This document shows, piece after piece, positions 13,373 to 24,528 of a stretch of DNA of 64,000 nt (position 1 is the first letter of the stretch; each line of letters opens with the position of its first letter). A program made the translations under genes and the position numbers. Origin of the DNA: Neophaeotheca triangularis (taxonomy: Eukaryota); contig BAAIJX010000031.1 in NCBI GenBank assembly GCA_054600435.1, positions 1-64,000 of the forward strand, read 5' to 3'. The notes under the pieces are model-generated. The model ran no database searches. It was not told the DNA's origin and saw nothing but the letters and a program-made list of their open reading frames with translations.

Positions 13373-14274
13373 GCTCAGCGGGATGGGAGGAGGGGTGGGT
13401 GGAGGATAAGGATGGAAAAGATGTGGAGCGCGGGGACCAAGACGCGTGATTCAGATTTTCATCGGAGACTCTGAAACGTGACGAGCATCCGGTAAAAAAA
13501 AAGAATCTATTGTCAAGACAGGAGCCGTCGTCGGCGCGTGCGCCTCTTTTGCTTGATGAGAGGCGCAAAGGGCAAGCCAGCTTGCGTGAAGAAAGAGAAG
13601 GCCGAGTACTGTGGGAGGCGGACTGCTCGTGTCGCAGAGCAGAAAGGCGAGCAGTCAGTAGTGAGTGATTTGATGTTGCTGCGGGCAAGTTTGTGCAACG
13701 CGGGCGCACAGGCGGATGCCGTTGGCGGGCGGGTTAAACTTCGGATGATGTGAAGCTCAAGCAATTTTCATCAATTCGTCGCCGGCTTGGTCCGGTCGGC
13801 AATGCAGCCAGGCGAAAAGTCTTCAGGCTGGCGGAAAAGACTTGTGCAGAGTTCGGCTTGCTGTGTCGCGTTCAGTTTTGGTGGCGGTGGCAGCGAAGGA
13901 TTCTTGAACTGCAGAGTCTATAGTACGTATGACTGCTCAATGGTCATGCCCAGTAGTAGAGGGTAGGTAGGATTATTGGTGTAGGCTTAGCCCGAATTCA
14001 TGTCAATAATAAGAGGGTCTGATGCTTGTTCAAAAGGCCCACCAGCGAGCCGCTCGGGAATGGTGGAGACGGCGGCAGCAAGAGATCTTTGCTGCTGCTG
14101 TTGCTGCAAGTCACGGCTGCGTTCGCGAGGGGTCGAAGGGTGGAGGGGTTGAAGGGTCGAATTTTAGAGGGTAGCGAATCCACAGAAAAGTGGCGGAGAT
14201 TGAGTGTGGGCGTAGGGTGGAGACAATGGAGGGAAAGAAGAGGGAAGAGTAGTATGGTCGGGTAGTAGTAGGAT

Positions 14275-14327
<53 letters not shown>
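14275..14327. repeat. (GTA)n microsatellite, about 17 units
   Basis: Perfect tandem GTA run upstream of the C2H2 TF gene. Confidence 0.95.
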
Positions 14328-14328
<1 letters not shown>

Positions 14329-17009
14329 AAATGACACTCTCGCTCTCTCGGTGGGCGGAAAAGGTCGAGCGTGCGCCGTGAGCTCTCTCAAATCATCATC
14401 ATCGTAAACAACACGCATACGATACCCTACCTTGCTACTGGACCTTGTCATCTCGCCTTGCTACCTATGGTATTTACCCTATGTACCTACGTTGGGGGTC
14501 CCGAAGCCTGCCCTGCTGCTTTTTCGCCGCCTTTCCAAGCCTGGCCAAAGCCCGATCCTTTTACTAGGTACTAGTACTAGTACTACTACTGACTGTCCGA
14601 CTGCCACTTCGCTCTAGTTTCCCCTGGCTGCGTCCCGCCGACGGCGACCAAAGTTTATTGATGAATTCTGGCCTGCCATGCCATGATCGTGGTAACCGTA
14701 TAGGCCGTTGACGACTCGTGAGTCGATGCCGCCCAAAGGCTGTCGGATATTTTGACCTTTTGCAAAAGTCATCACTCGCTGAGTCGCTGGCCCTCTCTCT
14801 ACTCGTTGGTCCTTGGCGCAAAAAGAGACTTTCTCTGCTTTACGGGCGTTGTAGCATTTCCCGCACGCAGAATTCGAATCACGGCCAGGCTGGGGGGCTG
14901 TAGTAGCGCGGCGTTCGACAGCGATGGTTGTGCTAGAGGTAACGATAGATGAAAAGTATCAGTAACCACTCTTTCCCAGCCCTCTGCCCGCCCTCATCGT
15001 CCTCACGCTTCATGAATGCCGACTTGTATGCCGATCGCCGGACCGGAGACGATTACCAAGCCGGGCCACTACTGACGCTACTACTACCTAGGTACTACCT
15101 CCTACCTACATAGTATCTGTACCGCGTAGGCAGGCCAGGGATAGTTCTTTAGCTTCATAGCAATTGCGTAGTCCTTGGAGCTTTACGACCAGCTTAGGTG
15201 CCTTGCTACATGCGCGTCTACTACATCTGACGCAGACGAAAAGAAATGGGTTTTGCATGTGTACAATGGTATTAATTGACCTGCGATAATTGCTGAGGAA
15301 ATTCGAGTGCTGCTGGGCTAGTGCCGACTCTTAAAGCCGATTGGAGTCGCTGTATGGTCTCTACCTTATTACTCTATACAGACCTCGGGAATTAATAATA
15401 CCTGCTTGCTGGCTCGTATTTTGTGCTAGCGTAATGATAACTTAGGCGCCCTACGAGACTTCTGCGAAACTGCGACCGATACCCGACTCCGAGCGGACTG
15501 GGACGGACACCGATGGCCGATGCATTCAAAGACAAGACAAGAAGGTGATAAGACAACAACAACACCAACAACCTTGGAACCGTTTCTTCCAAACCTTGGA
15601 ACACAATCCCATCGTGTGAAGTTTCTTTCCAAGTTGCGGCGCTTTAAGGTATTATCAATCATCAATCTTCATCTCCCTCAACTCGTCCTTTTCTCCCGGA
15701 GACGCAGCATCATACTAGTAATCACTACGTGTCATGTCGCCAGAACCGTTGCCGCGCCTCAGGTTCTGCTCAACTGCAGACACTACTAAGCACGCTCCGC
15801 GGAGAGAGAGCATTGAATGCACGCGGCACGCCATCGTCGACTTGCAGAAAACAGCTACTGCATGCACATGCACGCCTAAAAGGCGCCAACTAATTCAAGC
15901 CATGATCTGATAAGCCCCAAGCGATGTCGCAGGCCAACAATTACTATGACTCTGGATAAATGCTGCGGGCTACATCATAGCGGCCGGCGACAACCAATTG
16001 ACTCACTACGCCGCAGACGCAGGCGGCAGGCGATCGATCAGGCAGGTGAACAAGGACTGCTACATTTTCTCGAGGCAGGTTTATCGAGCCATGTTCATCC
16101 ATGCATGTCAATTATTATTTTCTGCCTCACCACAGCACCTCGTGTTTTCCAGGAGAAGACTATTATTGCAAGCGTGGAAGGAACGGAACGCACCACACTC
16201 GGTCCGTAGCATTGAAGAGCGGGTTCTATTATGCCAGGGACCAGGCCAGCTCCCCACTCTCGAAGACCCTCACGGCTCCACAGGAGCAATGGTATGAACG
16301 CATCGAAATGGACCAGTCAGTTCCGCCAGCCATAGGGCTGGAGGCCAGCGTTCAGAAGGAAGGTCATCATTTTCCACACATGTCATGGCTTTGAATGCGT
16401 CCATCAAGTGAAGCGAACAAATCGGAGTATCGACCGTGAGACCTTTTCACAAATTCGCGCGTCTTGATCGTGTTAACGAGTGTAGGAGTAGCTCCAGCTG
16501 TGGACTTGGTTCAACGGCTGGCGAAGAGGCATTCTTAGGCTAGGATGTATACCTGAAAGACAGCTTCAGCAAGACTGTTGGCATGCATTTCCAGTGAGCA
16601 TCTCAGCACAGCCTCCTGTTGATGCTCGTCCAGAGGTGGAAATCGAAATCGAAATCGAAATTGAGATTGAAGCGATGCTTGAGCAGCTGAACTCGTTCGG
16701 ACAGTTGTCGTCCGAAATCTTGCATGCTGAGGTTCAACGAACGACTGCCTGTCAGGTAGCGGCCTGATATCCCACCGATCGAAATGCATAACATCACATG
16801 ATGGCGAACGGGCCGTTCTCGACTCGACTGGCTGAGGCTTCAAACAAGGAGGGTGTCTTCTAGACGCAGCAACACCAATGCACGGTGGCGGATTCACCTG
16901 AACAGAGAATCACACGAACAACGCAAGCTCTGTCAGCAAAACTCTTCACGATATACAATTCTAACCATAGAAGATACTTCAACCGCTACTTAATAATACC
17001 GCAAGGCAC

Positions 17010-17606
17010 TCAAGCCTTCTGACCCCAAGCAAACCCCTTCTCAACCCCTTCCTCACTCTTCCCAGTCCCCTTCAAGCTAACACTCAACTCGGGCTTCTTC
17101 GCAATCGTCTGCAAAACGACACAGTACCGCTCAGTCAACTTCCCCAACTTCTCCATGCGCTCCTCCTCCACCACCTTACCATCCTCAAGCACCAACTCAA
17201 ACCCCAACCGAATCGCCGTGAAGCCCACGGGCGCGTTTCGATCCACACCCATGGTCCCCTTGAAGTCCAAATCCCCCTCCGCCCGCACCGTCCCCTCCTT
17301 GATAGGGATATCCAGCGCCGTGCTCACGGCTTTCAACGTCACGCCCGCGCACGCCACCAGCGCTTCCAGCAGCATGTCTCCCGAGCACAGCTCTCCCGAG
17401 ATTTCTGGGTCGTCGCCGCCCGCTTTCGAGTGCAGGCCCGCGACTTTTTGCGCTTCCGAGAGCTTCTTACCCGTGTCCAGTTTGCAGGTTATGCTGCTGG
17501 CGTCGAGGCTGCCCGAGGAGGTGAGCGTGACGACTGCGGCCGAAGGATCGGATTTGTAGGTGTCTTTGATGGGTGCCTGCTTGGCGCGGAGGGCGGCGGC
17601 GGCCAT
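17010..17606 (-). CDS. OsmC/Ohr-family protein, intronless
   Basis: ELCSGDMLLEALVACAGVT...AEGDLDFKGTMGV...VGFTAIRL...LTERYCVVLQT, with the two conserved Cys of OsmC-like proteins; likely ATG at 17606. Confidence 0.88.
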   Translation of the reverse strand: MAAAALRAKQAPIKDTYKSDPSAAVVTLTSSGSLDASSITCKLDTGKKLSEAQKVAGLHSKAGGDDPEISGELCSGDMLLEALVACAGVTLKAVSTALDIPIKEGTVRAEGDLDFKGTMGVDRNAPVGFTAIRLGFELVLEDGKVVEEERMEKLGKLTERYCVVLQTIAKKPELSVSLKGTGKSEEGVEKGFAWGQKA

Positions 17607-18418
17607 GATGATGGTGGGGGGGGTTGGTGGTGTTTTGGTATGCTGATGTGCTGGAGTGTCTTTTGTCCTTTTGATTCGTTTGGCGCCTTCGAGTAGTCTG
17701 CTTCGTAAAGGCAATGAATGGGTGCTGGACCTGGTGATGAACGTTCTGGACGAAGTGATTGAGCGAGAAACGAGCTCTGACCTACTGTCTCACAATTCAA
17801 CTTTTTCCAATAAATCTACAACTCCTGGGAGAAGAGTGTTTGGTATTCATGGCAGTATATGATACCTCAGCCTATGTAGTATCTCCCCAGCCATTGCCCC
17901 GCAGTCTACCCCTCCACGCCCCATACTGCCATAACACCGAGCTTGGACGTGGAGCTGCGTTCGAGCAAAATTCCCTTTAGCAACGTTTGCTATACAAGTT
18001 GCTTCTTTCTCTCACGGTCGAGGCCACGGTAAGAATCACGCCGAGGAAAGCACCACGAGGGCCGACAGACCAGATGGTGTATTTCGGGATCACTAAAACC
18101 AAGAGTCTGGACTGCGACGGCATGTGTGCGCGTGTGCGAAAGCGTCCGAACAGCGAAGAGCGAAGGACCGGCATTACCCAAAGAGGAAAGCCTTCAGGTC
18201 CACAAGCAGCTCGACAACTCGCTCCAACTGCCCCTCTCGATGCGAACCAGACCCTGTAGTTACCTGTAGTATTTACGTCGCGCCAACATAGATACATGGG
18301 TGGACTGTTGTAGAAAGGTAAGTCTTCTCTCCTCATCGTCTCTTTCCTTCTCCTCTCTTCCTCTCAAACGTTAAAACACATCCTCCTTCTCCGAATTCGG
18401 CTCTCCAACAGCTTCATC

Positions 18419-20028
18419 ATGGCCGTCGTAGTAGATCAAACCATTCCCTTTCCCGCCTCAAACCTCGACCTTGCGAACCCAACCAGATGGAACACTCTCT
18501 TTCCACTCGTCCGGCCGGCCATGAAGCCGGTCAAGACGACCAAAGGCCAAACCATCCTCGTTGACGCCTCCAATGCGAAGAGCAAGTACATCAACATAGC
18601 CGCCATTGGCAGTTTGGGTCACTTCTCTAGCAAAATTCTAGACGATAGCAGCGTCACCGCAATCATCACAGAGCAGACCGGAGCCGGCATTTTGACGCCA
18701 GAGGACATCTCGCATGCCATGCACGCCGCAGGTGCCGCGCAAGATCAGGGCATCGTGACCGTCAAGGTTAGTGGGAAGAGGAAGGTCGAGACCCACGGCT
18801 CGAGTTTGATCGAGGCCGAGGTTGAAAGCGATCTGGAAGCAGATCACCTGCTGCGCTTGCTCGGACATGCTACGGACACGTGCAGGACGAGCATCCACCA
18901 CACGGCCACCATGCTCAAAACTTGGGCCAGCTGTGCTAGCACGGCCAAGTCGACGTTCCACACTGAGAAGGCTGAGGGTAACCCGGCGGTTGTGAGAGCT
19001 GATGGTACCGAGGCTTTCACCAAAGCGAAAGACGTCGTTGCCAAGGACTTGAAGAATGTGATGAAGGCGCAAACGGCTCAGAGTGGAAGTGTGACCTATT
19101 CGGTGCACTACTCGGATATCAATGGGCTGAGTAGGCTGGAGAACTACATCCTAGCGAAGACAATTGCCGAGTACTTTGGTAAGCTATGCACATTGATGAA
19201 CGCGAGGGAAACGAGACCCATGCTGACCCCGGGGCCTTCCCAGAAACGCAAAACCTCCCATTTGCGCTCTCGCACTCGACGATCCTCGACCACGACGCCC
19301 CAGCCCGCGGCTTTAGCATCTGCATCGCGCCCATCCCGTCCGAATTCCTCTCACCGCAACAGAAACCACAGCCACACCAGCAAGCTCCGACCAGCGACCC
19401 CAACGCCCTCCAGAAAATACTGTCCCCCTCCGCCGCCAAGATGTCCTTTGACGACGCCCGCGTCCGCGCCTCTATAACCTCCGGCTGCAACGCCGTCATC
19501 GCGCAAGAACCGACAATCACTGAATACGACACCATTGTTGGCGACGGCGACTGCGGCTACACACTGCGCGACGGGGCAAAACAAGTCCTCGCCTTCATCA
19601 GCGACAAAGACCTCAGCCGGCTGCCGGAGACCGTCGCGGCCCTCGTCGGCGATCTCGAGGTAAATATGGGGGGTACTTCTGGAGCTCTCTATTGTATTTT
19701 CCTCACAGCACTCGCTGCTTCTCTAGCCACGGAACCTAGTATCCCCGCCGCTCTCAAGGGCGCTTTGGAGCAATTGCTCAAGTACACGCGTGCGAGGCTG
19801 GGCGATCGCACTATGATGGATGCGCTGATTCCTTTTGTGGACGTTCTGGCTGGGAAGGGGGATGTGCAGGCTGCGTTGCAGGAGGCTGACAAGGGCGTTG
19901 ATGGGACTAAGAAGATGGAGGCGAAGTTGGGGAGGAGTACGTATTTGGATGAGAGCGCTACGCAGGGCGTGCCTGACCCTGGGGCTTATGGGTTGTTTGT
20001 GTTGCTGAAAGGGATGGCTGAGGCGTGA
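18419..20028 (+). CDS. Dihydroxyacetone kinase-like protein: intact DhaL/Dak2 domain, divergent DhaK/Dak1 domain; exons 18419-19178, 19244-20028
   Basis: VGDGDCG, MGGTSGALY, ARLGDRTMMDAL, LGRSTY and PDPGA DhaL motifs; intron GTAAGC(19179)..GCTGAC..CAG(19243). Confidence 0.85.
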
Positions 20029-20922
20029 GTTGGACGGATCTAGGGGATATTATATCTAAGTAATAAACGAGGGGATAATGTAGTCATGTTGCTCTTGGTC
20101 GACGCTTTTGATCGTCGTTTCGTTTGAGCTCGAGTAGGGTTGTTTTGTTAGAAGGGCAACATTCGTTGTTGCTGCAATGTGTCTTCTAGGCTCTTGGGTG
20201 TATCATGATTGACTTGTATCTGCCGCGCGGTCGATTCCGTGCAAACGATGCTGTTGTTACTCGGCGGCATCGTCTTCGGTAGTGGGGATTTGCACCGGGA
20301 CCTCAACTGCTGTACTGCGTCACTTGCAAGTTCCTCCACTCCGCCCGGCGACTTTGCCCCTCATCCCCTCCACCTGCCGACAGCGCTGGATATCATGCCT
20401 CCGCCCGCAGCCAATCAGTAAAACTGCTTTCGAGTGCTACCGACAGGACCAAACACATCACCGACGTTTTTACGCTGCTGCTTACGATCTGATCACAGAT
20501 TAGCACCCGTGGACCCCTCTAGCAAACCCCTTCCCCCACCGGGAGCGGACAGCAAGGGAAACGGCAGGCTTTTGCCAGGCTTGATCCTCCAAAAGCCTTC
20601 TACCGCAGATAGCAGTCACGTTAGCCCTTCCCGTCCTCGGCGTGCTGTGAATCCTCTTGCTACCTCCCTATCTACCTACATTACCGTACCGTATCTAGAA
20701 TCCCAGGTAACCAGTCCAGAGCGCACTCCATACAAGCCTTAGCAGTAGTATAAGGACCTTCTCCCCGCCCTTTAAGAGGCGAGTCCCTTTCGAGGTAGGT
20801 CTCCCTAGAACCCGTCAACCATGCACCTCCTCAACCAGCAGAACAACGACTCACCGGACACAGTCGGACCACTCTGGACCAACGGCGCTGCCCACAAACT
20901 TCGCTCTTCCTCTTCTTCCACC

Positions 20923-22341
20923 ATGCCCGACGCAATCCTCGACGACATCTCGCATAGACGCTACAACCCGCTTCGCGGCAGCTGGGTGCTGGTGAGCCCG
21001 CATAGGACAAAGAGGCCATGGCAGGGTCAGCAAGAGGCTGCAAGCGAAGACGAGCTTCCCGAGTACGACCAATCGGTATGTGGGAACACTGGAATGGGAG
21101 AAACGCATGGGAATGGATGGGCCAAGTGACACGCCAGGCTGACGGACGTAGTAGTGCTATCTATGCCCTGGCAATAAGCGCGCTCAAGGGGATACCAATC
21201 CCAAGTACGAAAGCACTTTCGTCTTTGTGAACGATTATTCGGCGGTGAAGGAAGACCAGGCGGATTATGAGCAACCGGCGCAGGATGGATGTGAGTTGAA
21301 TACAACCTTCCCGGTCCGTCAACGACAAACAAGAGCAAGACAATTAACAAGAACCTTCCCCACTCAGCCCTCGCGACCCGTCTCCTTCGCGCCGAGTCGA
21401 CCACAGGCAAATGCTACGTTATTACCTTCTCGCCCTACCACAACCTCACGCTGGCCGACATGCCAGCGCCCACAATCCTTCCAGTGATAGAGCAATGGAC
21501 CAAAATCTACACCTCGCACCTCGACCCCCGCAGCTCCCTCGCCAAAGCCGCACCCCCGACCACCCTGCCACCGCAAACCAACGGTGTCTCCGAGCACAAC
21601 ACTACCAAAAGCAGTCAATACCGCTACATGCAAATCTTCGAGAACAAAGGCAGCGCCATGGGCTGCTCAAACCCGCACCCGCACGGCCAAGTCTGGACCA
21701 CGACCTCTCTCCCCGAAGAGCCCGCAGCCGAGCTTGAGAATTTGAAAACCTACCGGCGCGAACAAGGCGGTTGCCATTTACTTGAAGACTACGCAAAACT
21801 CGAGAGCGAGAAAGGCGAACGCACCGTCTTCGAGAACCACGGTTTCTGGGCCGGCTGTCCCTGGTGGGCGACCTGGCCTTTCGAGATCATGATCGTCGCC
21901 AAAGCCCACAAACGCTCTCTGGTGGATTTTGACGCCCAGGACCGGGAAGATCTCGCCGAAGCCATCTCCGAAATCACCAGAAGATATGACAACCTCTTCG
22001 AAACAAGCTTCCCCTACAGTAAGCCCCCTTTTTCCCTCCCAACCAAAACACGCCATACACCTTCACCCGCCCCGCTAACACTCTTGTCTTTCTTTACAGG
22101 CATGGGCATTCACCAAGCACCCCTCTCCGGAAGCGACGAGGAATTCGAAGCCAGCCATTTCCACTTACACTTTTACCCGCCGCTGCTGCGCTCGGCGTCT
22201 GTGCGCAAGTTCTTGGTCGGTTATGAGATGATGGCTGAGCCGCAGCGGGATATTACGCCCGAGCAAGCGGCTGCTAGGTTGAGGGGCGTGGGAGGTGAGT
22301 TGTATCGGAAGAAGCTTGGGGCGGCGAATGGGTCGGGGTAG
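20923..22341 (+). CDS. GAL7: Galactose-1-phosphate uridylyltransferase; exons 20923-21075, 21155-21290, 21368-22018, 22100-22341
   Basis: [33 protein letters not shown], catalytic [28 protein letters not shown]; three canonical introns. Confidence 0.96.
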
Positions 22342-22861
22342 ATGTCGTTTGGGCCGGGGAAGGTGGATGAGGTGGACTGGAGAGGAGGGGGGGTTGTTAT
22401 GCTGGGCGGGTTCGGGCATTTGCTGCAGTGGGCCCGGACGTGCGCATCGTGGGTATGGGCATTTCTTTCCTTGCTGGAGAGAGGTAGATGTTGGCTTTGC
22501 TGTGATGGCGGGCGGCTGTAGAGCTAGATATGGTCAATGAGACAAGGCACATTGGACTGCTATACTCTCTTCCCGCACCTCGACCTCTACCTATTACTTC
22601 ACATGATGACTTCCATCTTGGCCGATAATCTGGTCTTTTTGCCGTACATGCCACCATGCTCGTTGAGTTATTGCCTTCGCTCGTCTATCCTGCATTCGAA
22701 TACTTAGGCAAACACTACCTAGCATCCCGATGATTTAACAAGCAAAAGGCCAAAACGAGAGTTCAGAACAAACGACAAACCGAACGGTCCAGTCGCTTGC
22801 TAAGCAGAAGCCCACCGCTCCTTCTCAGCCTCCATTACCTACCAAGACCAGCAAAAACAGC

Positions 22862-22867
22862 AAAAAA
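22862..22867 (-). terminator. RNA polymerase III oligo-T terminator of the tRNA-Trp gene
   Basis: T6 on the minus strand, 17 nt after the discriminator base, followed by a further T5. Confidence 0.7.
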
Positions 22868-22884
22868 GAGACAATTCATGGCAT

Positions 22885-23017
22885 TGAACCACACCCCTTT
22901 TCTGGCTGTTAGGAATTATTCGCTAACAAGGTTGCTTTGTATAGATCATGTACTAACGATTTGAACGGATAACCTTTCGATCTGGAGTCGAACGCGCTAC
23001 CGTTGCGCCAGCGGTCC
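22885..23017 (-). tRNA. tRNA-Trp(CCA), 72-nt mature body, split by a 61-nt intron in the T-stem; exon 1 23017-22958, exon 2 22896-22885
   Basis: GGACCGC TG GCGC AACGGTA GCGC G TTCGA CT-CCA-GA TCGAA AGGTT ATCCG TTCAAAT C|GGGT GTGGTTC A: D-arm and anticodon arm pair perfectly, A- and B-box are intact, and the T-stem and acceptor stem are completed only by exon 2. Confidence 0.88.
22897..22957 (-). other. Spliceosomal-type intron inside the tRNA-Trp gene
   Basis: 5' GTTAGT (22957), branch motif CCTAAC (22913-22908), 3' AAG (22899-22897); 61 nt, matching the size of mRNA introns in this window. Confidence 0.75.
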
Positions 23018-23296
23018 CGATGTTTATCCGACCGTTCAATTCAATATAGTGCCAGTTATTGCATTCACCGACGATCGTTATAGCGCGAATTCGAGATCGT
23101 CCAGGGGCAGTTTGTGAGAATCCTGCATACGTGTCCGTCAGTGAAAAGGGTGGTTTGGGCGATGGTATATAGACAGTAGTAATGGGGTGAGGGGGGCGAC
23201 GTGGCGCATGTGCTGATCGCTGTGCCCCTGACGGGAATCCGCAAGAACGCATTTGACAATACCCTCCTCGATCCTTTCCGCACGATTATTCGATCC

Positions 23297-23963
23297 CTAG
23301 TAGCCAAACTCCCAGATGTCCTTCTGATAGCCCTCAGTCAGCGCCTTGTCCTCGCCATACCTGCGGCAGAAGCAAACGTTAGTAATGACTCAAACTCATT
23401 CCTCTGCCCTTTCCTCTCCCAACTCCCGATCCCATCACCCAAAAGAAAAGAAAAGAAAAGGGGGGGAAAAAAGCAAACTCACTTCTCAACCCACTTAACA
23501 AACCCCCCATCGAGCAACCAAACCTTCTGCCCTTCCCCTCCTCCTCCTCCTTCCGACTGACCCTCCACCCTCTCCCGCTCCCTCAAATACCTCAGCGCCG
23601 AACTCGGCCCCCGCTGCTGACTCAACGAGCAATGGAAGACAACGTTCTCCTTGCCCTTGAGCGTCCGCACCAGCTCCGGCATGGCGTAGTCGTGAGTGTT
23701 GACGGGGTGGTTGCGGCAGTTGGTGATGTGGCCGCCTATGAACTGTTGCCGACGGGGGTTAGGAAGAAAGGGAAGCGAAGCCGGGGGGTCGTTTGAGATG
23801 TGCGCTGTGGGTATGGCTTGGAGTGGGCTGGACTGGCCAGGGGGAAACTCACGTCGTTGTCTCGGACGTCGATGACTTGTACGCTCTCCGGTTTGTTGTG
23901 GATTAGGGCTGCGAGGTCTTCGCGCGAGATGCGCGGGAGGTTGGAGATGTTGTAGGAGGACAT
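23297..23963 (-). CDS. Cdc25-like/Acr2-Ych1-Ibp1-type rhodanese-fold phosphatase or arsenate reductase; exons 23963-23853, 23742-23483, 23360-23297
   Basis: VIDVRDND|FIGGHI, active-site HCSLSQQRGP (HCX5R), LDGGFVKW..K|YGEDKALTEGY; two GTGAGT..CAG introns. Confidence 0.9.
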
Positions 23964-24528
23964 TGCTCTTTTGATCGTTTGCGAGAGTTTTGTGATGTTG
24001 TTCGGAATGGGCTTCAGCATAGATGCTTTGAGTTTTGTATATGTTGGAAAGTAGGAAACCATGGAGGGTTTGGCTTTTGGCTGTTGGCTGTTGGAGGTGC
24101 ACGGGCCAGGGGCCGAGGGGGTGAGTGAAGTAGAAAAGTAAGGATCGCTGTGAGAGCCTTGGTTCTTGTTGATGTTGTTTGCACAAACGAACGCTGTTAG
24201 GCGGACTATCGAAAGTAGTATCCTTAAGAGCTTGAATAAAACTAGGTCAAGGGGTGTTTTGGTAGTCGATTCTGACATAGGCTTGGGCAACTTCATACCG
24301 AGCAGCACGAAAGACCAGAGAACATAAACACTGCCTTAAATCACACAGATGCGATCCTGACTCCCCGATAATCACAAGCAATCAACACATGCAAACGACA
24401 CAACCCCAAGATTGCTCTCAAACAACCTATAGCGCTACTAAAACTCTAACCCTGACACCCTTTTCATGCCCACCCCACGTACGCCCTGTTACGCCAGCTT
24501 AAGCTGTTCAACCAATCCTACCATCTCT

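Noticed and set aside
22019..22099. Apparent 27-aa insertion in GAL7 in the ORF track
   Set aside because: It is an 81-nt stop-free intron (GTAAGC..CTAAC..CAG); removal restores FPYSMGIHQ.
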